From positions 8,539 through 72,538 of the forward strand of contig BOKX01000001.1 of NCBI GenBank assembly GCA_016861205.1: DNA of 64,000 nucleotides, given 5' to 3'. The notes beneath the pieces were generated by a model. That model saw only the letters and a program-made list of their open reading frames with translations. It was not told where the DNA came from and did not search any database. The translations under genes and the position numbers were made by a program. Of the stretch, positions 48,791-57,906 are shown one piece after another; the first letter of the stretch is position 1, and every line of letters begins with the position of its first letter. This DNA is from Patescibacteria group bacterium. Its GTDB lineage: Bacteria > Patescibacteriota > Microgenomatia > UBA1400 > PJMF01.

Positions 48791-50073
48791 TAACTCACGT
48801 CTCCAACCAAGAAACCGCTCAGGTCGTTACGCCCGATTTCCAGCTGATACTTGCTGCGGTTTAATGACTTCGAGACTACCATACTGGTACTCTGTTTGCG
48901 ACCTTTGAGCCGGAAGGACACTTGGACCACCGGTGCGCGGCCCTCCTCTTTTTCTGGTTGGTACCATAGAAAGTCATCAAGATCGATCAAGCCTAGTTTT
49001 TTGGCCAAGTCGCTAGAAATACAGCTGCGAAAACGACCGGTGTTAACGAGGGCCATGGTTTCTTCTTTGATTTGTTGATCGCCGTAAACGAGTACTTCTT
49101 CAAACGGCTTGATGATGGTCAAGCCGTCCTCGGCTTTGATTTTGTCGGAAAACTTTTCAGCAAACAAAGCCTGTCCAATCCGGACTCCATGGTCTGGATT
49201 TAAGACATTCAAATCTTGGACCCGCTCCAGCCGACGGCGCAAGCCTGCCCGGTTGGCAATTTGGATCGATAACCCTGGATTGGCGTTCAACTCAACTACC
49301 ATGGGGCCCTGCTCTTCGTGAATGAACAGGTCGATGGCGCAGTACATCAGGCCAGCCGCGTCAGCGGTCTTAACGGCGATAGTGAGGACGTCTTTCCAGT
49401 GCGGAATGCGAAAGCCACTCAATTTTTTCTTGGTGCCAGGCAGATATTGAATGGGAGTCCCTTTACCAATAATCGCGTGAGTTGTTACGCCCGTGGCCAT
49501 ATCAATGCCGACACCGATCGCACCTTGATCGAGGTTTGCTCGGCCACCAGACTCTTCAGTGGGAATGCGGATGTACGACATGATCGGGACGTGATTGAAA
49601 ACAATGACCCGCACGTCGGGCGTGCCCTTGGTGGTGTACTTGTAAAACGTGCCGTGAATTGGAACGCGCTCCTCAACAATGACATGGTGGTTAACGCCAT
49701 ACGTGCTGTACTGACCTTCTAAAATATCAAAGCAGTGAAACTTGATCTCATCCAAACTCCACACCTTGCCTAAAGTGTCCACCCAGTGTTGCTTGTCATT
49801 TTGCTGGGTTTTGAAGATCAACACTCCTTTACCGGCGTTGCCGTTGGTAGGTTTGATGACGAAGTTTTTCTCTAGGTGTTCCCACTCGAATTGGTTCACG
49901 TCTTCGTAGGTCGTCAAAATGGCAAAAATTTTGGCGGTCGGAATATGCTTGTTTTCGAGCAAGACTTTGGTGGCGTACTTGGAGGCGCAAAACTGACGAG
50001 CTGTGGCCGAGTTCAGCTTGCCGTAGATGAGCTGGCGGGCGTTCATGCCCAGAATGTCGCGTGCTTTAGGCAT
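48790..50073 (-). CDS. RimK-related alpha-L-glutamate ligase-like ATP-grasp fused to a retropepsin/RimB-like protease domain with NTG in place of DTG
   Basis: ILGMNAR, FVIKPTNGNAGKG, DVRVI, ANLDQGA, VELNANPGLSIQIAN. C-terminal ALVNTG..S.IS...IGR. Confidence 0.85.
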   Translation of the reverse strand: MPKARDILGMNARQLIYGKLNSATARQFCASKYATKVLLENKHIPTAKIFAILTTYEDVNQFEWEHLEKNFVIKPTNGNAGKGVLIFKTQQNDKQHWVDTLGKVWSLDEIKFHCFDILEGQYSTYGVNHHVIVEERVPIHGTFYKYTTKGTPDVRVIVFNHVPIMSYIRIPTEESGGRANLDQGAIGVGIDMATGVTTHAIIGKGTPIQYLPGTKKKLSGFRIPHWKDVLTIAVKTADAAGLMYCAIDLFIHEEQGPMVVELNANPGLSIQIANRAGLRRRLERVQDLNVLNPDHGVRIGQALFAEKFSDKIKAEDGLTIIKPFEEVLVYGDQQIKEETMALVNTGRFRSCISSDLAKKLGLIDLDDFLWYQPEKEEGRAPVVQVSFRLKGRKQSTSMVVSKSLNRSKYQLEIGRNDLSGFLVGDVS

Positions 50074-50084
50074 AGCCGTACTCT

Positions 50085-51068
50085 TTACTCTTCAATAATT
50101 GACTTGAAGCGCAGCCATTCTAGTAAGCGTAAACCGGTGTACCGACCGACCACAATGTTGATTGCTGCCACGCCCAGCAAGGTCAGTTCTGGTTGCAAAA
50201 TGACGCCTTTTTGGACGAACTCGGAACCAACGACAATAGAACATAGCACCGCCGTGATCAACGTTTCAAAGGTCAACTGGAGGGTTGCGGACTGGCTACT
50301 GGTGAGCTGCGACTCCATAAAGTTTTCTGTTAATAGCATGATGATCAGCAACGGGAAGATGCTAATACCAGCGATGAAGTTACCGGGTAGGTAGACTGAA
50401 GAAATCAGCGCCAGTAACACCACAATTGAGACTCCCCAGAGCAACAAGGCAGTCCGAGGTAAGTAGTGCAGTTTCAGGCGTTTGAGAATTTGGCGAGCGG
50501 TCAAAGCAGCCAATAAGGTGATCATGAACAGCACAATGCCGTTGATAATCCCCGTCGAGACAAACGCAACCGATAGCACCGCTGGAATGTAAATGCCGAA
50601 GCCTTTCATGCCAATGATGTGGCGGGTGAACGAAATGAAGGCGGCAATCACTGGGAACAACAGGACTAACACCACGATGTTGGCTGGCAACCCGCGGTTG
50701 ATAGCTTCTCGGATAGGATGTTGTAAGAAGTTATGCCAACTCAAGGGGCCGATGGGGTTTTCATCCAGCCAAGCAGCTAGCTTGCTTTTCTGAGGCGCAG
50801 TGGACTGAGTAATGTCCTTATCCTGTTTCTCTTGAATCCTTTGTTCCAGTTGAGCCGAAATTGACGCTAACTGTGCCGATAGGCTGGCCTCGCCGCTTTG
50901 GGTAGCCACTTCCGCGCTCAAAGTCGCGTCGGTAGCTGGTGAAGGACTGGCTGAGGCAGCACGAAGTTGGGACACAGTTTGGGCGGTGACGAGTGTGGGG
51001 TGGGTGGCGCTAGCTACCCAGGCGAACAGGCTCAATGCCAGCAGTCCCCAAATAAAGTGGCGAATCAT
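50085..51068 (-). CDS. 7TM-domain membrane protein (7TM_transglut-like)
   Basis: IIGMKGFGIYIP, YLPR, IFPLLII..TE, YTGLRLLEWLRF. Signal peptide and an S/A/T-rich linker replace the usual inactive transglutaminase domain. Confidence 0.85.
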   Translation of the reverse strand: MIRHFIWGLLALSLFAWVASATHPTLVTAQTVSQLRAASASPSPATDATLSAEVATQSGEASLSAQLASISAQLEQRIQEKQDKDITQSTAPQKSKLAAWLDENPIGPLSWHNFLQHPIREAINRGLPANIVVLVLLFPVIAAFISFTRHIIGMKGFGIYIPAVLSVAFVSTGIINGIVLFMITLLAALTARQILKRLKLHYLPRTALLLWGVSIVVLLALISSVYLPGNFIAGISIFPLLIIMLLTENFMESQLTSSQSATLQLTFETLITAVLCSIVVGSEFVQKGVILQPELTLLGVAAINIVVGRYTGLRLLEWLRFKSIIEE

Positions 51069-51113
51069 AACGTGTATTATACTCCTTCGCTTAATGCTCC
51101 AGATGGCCAGCGT

Positions 51114-51482
51114 TTATAAAATAAACCCAACAATTGACTGTAAGAAGCTGATTAAAAATGAGGCAAACAGCAGCGAGAAAAACTGGTTGAGTTGCACGCC
51201 GCCCACGGTCATTTCAGTGATTCTAAAGCCTGGTACTAAGTACATCGCCAACCATAGAATGAGGACATTTAGGACGAGTGAAAAGAAACCCAACGTAATG
51301 ATGTTGATGGGTAAAAACAAGAGGCTCAAGATTGGTTTGACGAACTTTTGCAGGACCGTTAAAACAAGACCAGCCAAAACTAACGCCGTCCAGTTGGCAT
51401 AATCGATTGTCGGTAGCAACCAACTGAGAATCGCAATGGTGACGGTTGTTGAAATGATCGGTTTGAGTAAGTTAAGTGTCAT
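51114..51482 (-). CDS. YvlD/DUF360 4-TM holin-like membrane protein
   Basis: VKPILSLLFLPINIITLGFFSLVLN. Confidence 0.85.
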   Translation of the reverse strand: MTLNLLKPIISTTVTIAILSWLLPTIDYANWTALVLAGLVLTVLQKFVKPILSLLFLPINIITLGFFSLVLNVLILWLAMYLVPGFRITEMTVGGVQLNQFFSLLFASFLISFLQSIVGFIL

Positions 51483-51574
51483 GGCGGCCGTTGGTCAGTG
51501 ACTACCATGGTACAGCCGAGCCACTAGGCTGTAAAGTTTTGGTCAAGTGACTGCCTCATAGCGAGCTCGGAGTT

Positions 51575-52984
51575 TTAGGTGAACATCTGATTCAACCGGC
51601 GTCGCGACTGTTGTCGTTTAGAGAAACGGTGTGCTTCGTCCCGAAGCTGTTGAATCAACTTTAGGCCAGGATGTGTCTCGGGTAGTCGCAAAACGTGGTA
51701 ACGTGGCACGCTGCCCAGTTGGTAATCCTTTAAAGAACGCTTAGGACTCGGTTGGGAAATCAACTCGGGACCAGGGATGATTAATCGATCAGGGTCCTTG
51801 GCAATACTGATGACAGGAGTTGTCCACTGCCAGACCTTCAGAGCAGCACGTAACTGGCCTTTGCCACCGTCGATCACAATCAGGTCGGGTTGACCCCATT
51901 CGGGGTGATTTTGGCGGCGTTGCAGGGCTTCCTGGAGCATAGCGAAGTCATTTGGTGTGTCCAGAGTGCGAATGTTAAAGACTTTGTACTCTTGGTTGGC
52001 TGCCTGACCGTCAATGAATGTAACCATCGAGACAGCTGCGTAGGTGCCACTGATGTTGCTGACGTCATAAGCTTCGATGCGGTGCAGTGGGAAGGTGGCT
52101 GGCAAACTCAGGTAGGTTGAGAGCATTTTTCGCAAGTACACGACACCCTCCTCGGCTTGTGATGCCCGGAGGTGCGGTAGTGTTAAATCAGGTCGTAGTG
52201 AGTATGTTCGTTGGGTGACGGCGGTGATGACTTCTACTCGGTCTCGTAGGGTGGCAGCTAGTTCGTACTGTTCTTGTTCTGACGCGAGCTTCATTTGTTG
52301 CGAAATCATCCGGACCACATCTTTTTTTTGACCTTTGAGGAACATGACCAGTTGTGCAATGGTTTGCTGGTACTCTTCTGGAGTAACGCGACCGATACAG
52401 GCACCTGGACACTGACTGATGTGGTAGAAGAAACACGGTCGGGAGTTGGGTTTGGCTGGATCGACACCTTCGTTGCACCAGGGGAAAATCTTGCGAGCAA
52501 TTCCTAAGACTTCCCTCACTTTGTAGGCACTGGGGAAAGGTCCCAGGAGTGTCCCCTTCATCGGTCGAGTTTCGGTTTCTTTCTTACGTCGAGTTAACAC
52601 TCTGGGGTAGGGTTCGGCCGTGATCTGGATGTAGAGCGGGGTTTTATCGTCTTTGAGCAAGATGTTGGTCGGTGGTTGGTGTGTGCGAATGAGCTCAGCC
52701 TCGACAAGCAAAGCTTCAAGCTCACTATCGAGCACCTGCCACTTAAGCTGCTGGGCAGTCTCGACCATGCCGCGAATGCGGCTGCTGAGCTGGTTCACTT
52801 GGCGATAGGTGTTAACGCGATTTTTGAGATTTTTGGCTTTACCGACGTAAAGAACTTGGTTAGCGCCGTCGAGAAACCAGTATACCCCCGGTTGCGAGGG
52901 CAACTGCCGCGCCGCCGACTCCCAGGCCAATGAGGAAGCCTCGGTTGGTGAAGTAACTGATGAAGGCTGGGGCGAGTTGGGCAT
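51575..52984 (-). CDS. uvrC: Excinuclease ABC subunit C lacking the C-terminal HhH domain (alternative start TTG 52930)
   Basis: PGVY..YVGKAKNL (GIY-YIG), Cys-rich region, IEAYDVSNISG, DGGKGQL, RDEAHRF near the C-terminus. Confidence 0.93.
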   Translation of the reverse strand: MPNSPQPSSVTSPTEASSLAWESAARQLPSQPGVYWFLDGANQVLYVGKAKNLKNRVNTYRQVNQLSSRIRGMVETAQQLKWQVLDSELEALLVEAELIRTHQPPTNILLKDDKTPLYIQITAEPYPRVLTRRKKETETRPMKGTLLGPFPSAYKVREVLGIARKIFPWCNEGVDPAKPNSRPCFFYHISQCPGACIGRVTPEEYQQTIAQLVMFLKGQKKDVVRMISQQMKLASEQEQYELAATLRDRVEVITAVTQRTYSLRPDLTLPHLRASQAEEGVVYLRKMLSTYLSLPATFPLHRIEAYDVSNISGTYAAVSMVTFIDGQAANQEYKVFNIRTLDTPNDFAMLQEALQRRQNHPEWGQPDLIVIDGGKGQLRAALKVWQWTTPVISIAKDPDRLIIPGPELISQPSPKRSLKDYQLGSVPRYHVLRLPETHPGLKLIQQLRDEAHRFSKRQQSRRRLNQMFT

Positions 52985-54740
52985 GCGTGTCGGTGATTAA
53001 TTTGGCTTGGTAATTTTGTAGTTGCATTGTAACCTGAACAGCTGAGGTCGTGGGCCAGAGTTCATCAGGGTTGATGGCTACCAACGGCAGCCGTTGGGTT
53101 TGATATGGTAACACTACCGGCAAGGTTTTTTCTGCTACGGTCACTTTTTGTCCGCCAAGTACCGCGGTGACGCTGGCTCTGGCTCCATACCATGCAGAAC
53201 CAGTTTGGTTAACAACTTCAAGCTCGAGCCAACCAGGAATAGATATGCCCCAGATTTTTTTGGGGACAATTCTGACTTCTAGATCTGGCTCTGTTTCAGG
53301 AAATGTGGTGCCAAAATCAACACTGACATCTTTGGTGTTTTGGTCAGTTAACTTGTATGAACCTGCTGGATACGGCAAAGTACTGGACTGACCGTTGATG
53401 GCAAACACAATGTGGTTGAGATCAAACTGGTCGAAGTAGTTCACTCCCCCGGTGGTGTTGCCCCAGGTGGGATCGATTGGTCGCCACTGGTTTGTTTGGT
53501 AATCATAGTACTCAGGCCAAGCGTGCAAAATATCCTCTACTAAACTGAGTGGGCGCAGCGCGCTATTTTCGGTATGGGCATAGCCTGTTAATCGACGTGT
53601 GGGAACTTGATTTGCTCGAGCGAGAGCAATAAACGTGTCAGTAAACTCTTGGCAGTTGACGTTGGCTGGGCTGGCCAAGGTAGTAACTGCCCCTAGGCGA
53701 GTCGGTGTTCCTTGGGTGGGGTCAAAACCATAGCTTAAGGTGTTAACGACGTAGTCATACATGGCTCGAGGGGTGTGGTGCTCGCTAGCGACTTGTTGGA
53801 CGGCAGGCTGATCACTCTCCCAGTAGGTTTGTGCTTGCAAGAGGCTCGAGCTTGGTTCGGCTACTGGAATGGTGAGATCTGGCTCCAGCGTGAGTTTAGC
53901 TTGGGCAGTGGCGTAGACGATTGTTTCAGAGGCAGCCGGAAGTTGGTACGTTGCAATCCAGTTGCCATCTGGGTCTGCTTCGATTTTTTGCGGCAAAGGG
54001 TCGAGTTGTGAGTAGTGCAGTTTTTGGTAAGGCGTATCTGGGGGCAAGGCAATTTGCATCAAGCCCGGACCGTTGGTAGTGTTTTCCAAGTTGTAACGCA
54101 GCGTCAGGTTAAAAACTTGTTCTGAGCCAAATAAAGCTGCGACACCGGTACTGCCCACCTGGGAAAAATGGGTGATGATCTGGTTGTCTTGATTTTCCAC
54201 CAAAGTAGGATCGGGGGTGACTCGAACAGGCTGGCCGTATTGACTGGGAGTTCTGAGGGTGACTGAGTAGCGGTCGTAAGTTTGTTCAGTACTGAGGGCA
54301 GGTACATATAACTCAAGCACTTTGCCACTAACTACACTGGCATCCTCTTGGTCATAGATAATTTTGATGGTTCGAGTTTTGCCCTCGCCGACCACTTTAT
54401 CGGGAAACGTCAGGCCAACGCTGGTCAGATGGTCGGTTTTGACCACGTTGGGCTGAATGACTTGGTCGTCGCTGGTGACGCGGACATTTTTAATGTCAGT
54501 CCCAGAGGTAATCTTGAGCGCGTATTGTCGGACGTACAGCGTCGGAGTTTTGTTTGTGATGTGAATTTGGTGTTCAACAGTCGTGTTTTTAATGCCGGTC
54601 ACGGTGTACGTACTGTCGAGAGTGAAGCTGAAGTTGGAGTCGGCTTGGGCTGGTTGGAGTGGTGGGATGATGGCCAGGGTAACTAGGAAGAGTATCCAAG
54701 TCACCACAGTTTTGAATAGAAATTGAAGCGGCTTTCTCAC
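52860..54740 (-). CDS. Exported transglutaminase-like (Cys-His-Asp) protein with a C-terminal TM anchor
   Basis: Signal peptide, NCQEFT, HAWPEYY, IDPTWG, C-terminal hydrophobic helix followed by RRR. Confidence 0.88.
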   Translation of the reverse strand: MRKPLQFLFKTVVTWILFLVTLAIIPPLQPAQADSNFSFTLDSTYTVTGIKNTTVEHQIHITNKTPTLYVRQYALKITSGTDIKNVRVTSDDQVIQPNVVKTDHLTSVGLTFPDKVVGEGKTRTIKIIYDQEDASVVSGKVLELYVPALSTEQTYDRYSVTLRTPSQYGQPVRVTPDPTLVENQDNQIITHFSQVGSTGVAALFGSEQVFNLTLRYNLENTTNGPGLMQIALPPDTPYQKLHYSQLDPLPQKIEADPDGNWIATYQLPAASETIVYATAQAKLTLEPDLTIPVAEPSSSLLQAQTYWESDQPAVQQVASEHHTPRAMYDYVVNTLSYGFDPTQGTPTRLGAVTTLASPANVNCQEFTDTFIALARANQVPTRRLTGYAHTENSALRPLSLVEDILHAWPEYYDYQTNQWRPIDPTWGNTTGGVNYFDQFDLNHIVFAINGQSSTLPYPAGSYKLTDQNTKDVSVDFGTTFPETEPDLEVRIVPKKIWGISIPGWLELEVVNQTGSAWYGARASVTAVLGGQKVTVAEKTLPVVLPYQTQRLPLVAINPDELWPTTSAVQVTMQLQNYQAKLITDTHAQLAPAFISYFTNRGFLIGLGVGGAAVALATGGILVSRRR

Positions 54741-54791
54741 CCGCCTATTATGGCATAGCCCTATTCTTGAAGTCGAAGTAAAAAAGGGTGG

Positions 54792-57788
54792 CTATTTTTG
54801 AGCCGCGAGTTCATCCCGCAAGTATTTGCCGGTAAATGACTGAGGGTGATTGGCCACTTCAGCTGGAGTACCAACTGCCACTACTTCTCCACCCGCCTCG
54901 CCACCTTCAGGACCTAAATCGATGATCCAGTCAGCATTTTTAATGACGTCGAGGTTGTGCTCGATGACGATGACGGTGTTGTTGTTACCCACTAACTGGT
55001 GTAAAACATCGAGTAACTTTTGAACGTCACCAAAGTGTAAGCCAGTGGTGGGTTCATCGAGGAGATACACCACATGGTCGTTGGTGCGTCCAGATAGCTC
55101 TTTGGCGAGCTTGACGCGCTGGGCTTCGCCGCCACTCAGTGTGGGTGCAGGTTGGCCGAGTTCAATGTAGCCTAAACCGACTTCTTGCAGGGTTTTGAGT
55201 TTGCCGCGCAGCGTCCCGTTGGTTTCGAAGAAGCTGTACGCTTCATCCACTGTCATGTGCAGAACATCAGAGATGGTTTTGCCTTTGTACTGAACTTGCA
55301 GAGTTTCTTCGTTATAGCGTTTGCCTTGACAAACATCGCAGGTGACATAGACATCTGGCAAAAACTGCATCTCGATTTTGAGCTGGCCGTCTCCCTGACA
55401 CGCTTCACAACGGCCACCTTTGACGTTGAAACTAAACCGGCCAGCGTTGAAGCCGCGCATGCGGGCATCTTGGGTGTTGGCAAAAATGGACCGGATATAG
55501 TCAAAAATCTTGGTGTAAGTAGCTGGGTTGGATCGAGGGGTTTTGCCGATCGGACTTTGATCGATCAAACTAATTCGCTTGACCATCTCAGGGACACTAA
55601 TGCGCTCGATAGCGCCAGGTTTTTGGTCGATGCTTTTGCCCAAGTGTTTGGCGAGATTGTAGTAGAGCGTTTCGTGGAGCAACGTTGATTTACCAGAGCC
55701 AGAGATACCGGTGATGGCAGTCAAGGTATTGAGTGGGAAACTCACTTCGAGGTGTTTTAAGTTGTGGTGTCGAGCCCCGCTGATGCTAATACTCGGCTGC
55801 TGGGTGGGTTTGAGTACTCGAGCGGCAGCCTCAGGGTCGATCACAGTCCGCTCAGAAGTAGCTTTGGATTTCGGCCGAGACACATCTTTGTGTCGACTCA
55901 AGTACTGACCAGTTAGTGATTTCTTGTTGTCAACCAGTTCATTAGGTGTGCCTTGAGCCACCACTTCTCCACCGTTCTTGCCGGCCTTGGGGCCGAAATC
56001 GATGATGTAGTCGGCAGCCAGCATCACATCTCGATCGTGTTCAACAACGATGACGCTATTGCCGCGGTCGCGCAAACTCTTGAGAGTTTCGATCAACTGA
56101 TGATTGTCACGTTGGTGCAGACCAATGGTTGGTTCATCAAGAATGTACAAAACTCCTGTTAAGCCAGTTCCGATCTGCGAAGCCAAGCGAATCCGTTGGG
56201 CCTCACCGCCCGCTAAGGTTGAGGCTTCTCGATTTAAACTCAGGTAGTTCAAACCGACCGAAGATAAGAAGCCTAACCGAGCTTTGATTTCTTTCAAGAT
56301 AGGCGCGGCAATCTTGGTCTCTTTAGCTGAGAGAGTGAGTTTGCCAGCTTGGGTGTCGGTCCCAGCCAGAGTTTCAATCCAGTGGAGCGTTTGGTTGATT
56401 GGCCAAGCGCACACCTGAGCGATATTTTGGCTGTCAATGTGGACTGACAAAGCTTCTTGTTTGAGGCGGGCGCCTTGGCAAGTGGGACAAGTTTCGCGTT
56501 GCATGAACTGTTCAATTTCGCGGCGAATGAACTCGGAGTCAGTTTCGCTGTAACGGCGCTCGAGGTTGTTGATGAAACCCTCAAACTTCTCTTGAATAGC
56601 AGTCTCTCGGCCGAAGCGGTTCTCGCCCATCACGGTGTAGATCTGATCTGAGCCGAACAACAACTTGTGCTGGGTGGCTTCATCGTACTGTTCCCAAGGT
56701 GTTTTGCGGAAGTCGAAACCAGCTTCTTCAACCACGGTGCGCACCAGTCTGGCCCACCAAGTATCGTTGCTGAGGGTTCGAGCAAACGGAATGATAGCCC
56801 CTTCACTCAAGCTCAAGCTGGGGGCAACCACACGATCGACATCAATTTTGAGCAACGAGCCTAAGCCATTACACGTTTCACAAGCGCCTTGCGGGGAGTT
56901 GAAGGAAAACAGGCGTGGCTCAAGCTCGTTAATCGAGATACCACAGTAGCTACAGGCTAGCTTTTCGCTAAACAAGCGATCTTCCATCAATTTTGGCTGA
57001 GTTGGAAACTCGAAACTCTGATCCATCACAAAGCTGGCTACGATGAAACCATCGGCCAGCTTGAGAGCGCCCTCAGCTGACTGAGCGACTCGGCTACGCA
57101 GGGCTGCGCGTTCGGTCTGGTCTTTGAGTTGCTGGTGACTGATGGTAAACCGATCGATGACGACTTCTATCGTGTGGCGGTTGGTTTTGATCAAGGTAAT
57201 GTCATCACCTAGGTTGTAGAGATGTTTATCAATTCGCACTCGAGAGTAGCCCTGTTTCTGGAGGTTTTCGAGCAGTGAGTAAAACTCGCCTTTGCGCTCG
57301 CGTACCACTGGTGACAAGATCATGACCCGAGCCGGTTCACCGCTGGCCCGGCGATCAAGCTCGGCCATCAGGTGATCAACAATTTGGTCAATGGTTTGCG
57401 TAGAAATTTCTCGGCCACAGTTGGGACAGTGGGGATGGCCGACGCGAGCGTACAGTAAGCGCAGGTAGTCATAGATTTCAGTGATAGTCCCGACAGTTGA
57501 ACGGGGGTTGTGCGAGGTGGTTTTTTGGTCAATCGAGATAGCCGGTGACAGGCCATCAATCTGGTCGACATCTGGTTTGCTCATCACGCCCAAAAATTGG
57601 CGAGCGTACGAACTCAAACTTTCCACGTAGCGACGTTGACCTTCTGCATACAGCGTATCAAAAGCCAATGAACTCTTGCCACTGCCCGACAGGCCCGTCA
57701 AAACTACCAGCTGGTTTTTAGGGATCTCCAGTGAGATATTTTTGAGGTTGTGTTCGCGGGCGCCGCGGACCGTAATTTTATCTGGCAT
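54792..57788 (-). CDS. uvrA: Excinuclease ABC subunit A
   Basis: GAREHNLK, GLSGSGKSS, zinc fingers, two GGEAQR ABC signatures, LDEPT. Confidence 0.98.
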   Translation of the reverse strand: MPDKITVRGAREHNLKNISLEIPKNQLVVLTGLSGSGKSSLAFDTLYAEGQRRYVESLSSYARQFLGVMSKPDVDQIDGLSPAISIDQKTTSHNPRSTVGTITEIYDYLRLLYARVGHPHCPNCGREISTQTIDQIVDHLMAELDRRASGEPARVMILSPVVRERKGEFYSLLENLQKQGYSRVRIDKHLYNLGDDITLIKTNRHTIEVVIDRFTISHQQLKDQTERAALRSRVAQSAEGALKLADGFIVASFVMDQSFEFPTQPKLMEDRLFSEKLACSYCGISINELEPRLFSFNSPQGACETCNGLGSLLKIDVDRVVAPSLSLSEGAIIPFARTLSNDTWWARLVRTVVEEAGFDFRKTPWEQYDEATQHKLLFGSDQIYTVMGENRFGRETAIQEKFEGFINNLERRYSETDSEFIRREIEQFMQRETCPTCQGARLKQEALSVHIDSQNIAQVCAWPINQTLHWIETLAGTDTQAGKLTLSAKETKIAAPILKEIKARLGFLSSVGLNYLSLNREASTLAGGEAQRIRLASQIGTGLTGVLYILDEPTIGLHQRDNHQLIETLKSLRDRGNSVIVVEHDRDVMLAADYIIDFGPKAGKNGGEVVAQGTPNELVDNKKSLTGQYLSRHKDVSRPKSKATSERTVIDPEAAARVLKPTQQPSISISGARHHNLKHLEVSFPLNTLTAITGISGSGKSTLLHETLYYNLAKHLGKSIDQKPGAIERISVPEMVKRISLIDQSPIGKTPRSNPATYTKIFDYIRSIFANTQDARMRGFNAGRFSFNVKGGRCEACQGDGQLKIEMQFLPDVYVTCDVCQGKRYNEETLQVQYKGKTISDVLHMTVDEAYSFFETNGTLRGKLKTLQEVGLGYIELGQPAPTLSGGEAQRVKLAKELSGRTNDHVVYLLDEPTTGLHFGDVQKLLDVLHQLVGNNNTVIVIEHNLDVIKNADWIIDLGPEGGEAGGEVVAVGTPAEVANHPQSFTGKYLRDELAAQK

Positions 57789-57906
57789 ATGCACAAAAAG
57801 GCCGAACTGACATTATACCGTATTTAAGCCGAAACTGCACAAGTGTTGAAACTGGATCAGACAACTGATTGACCTAGGTATGTAAAATACCGGCAGGAGA
57901 AAAAGT

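Noticed and set aside
51114-51482. Holin-like gene as evidence of a prophage
   Set aside because: The YvlD/DUF360 family is commonly chromosomal, and no endolysin, structural or integrase genes are nearby.
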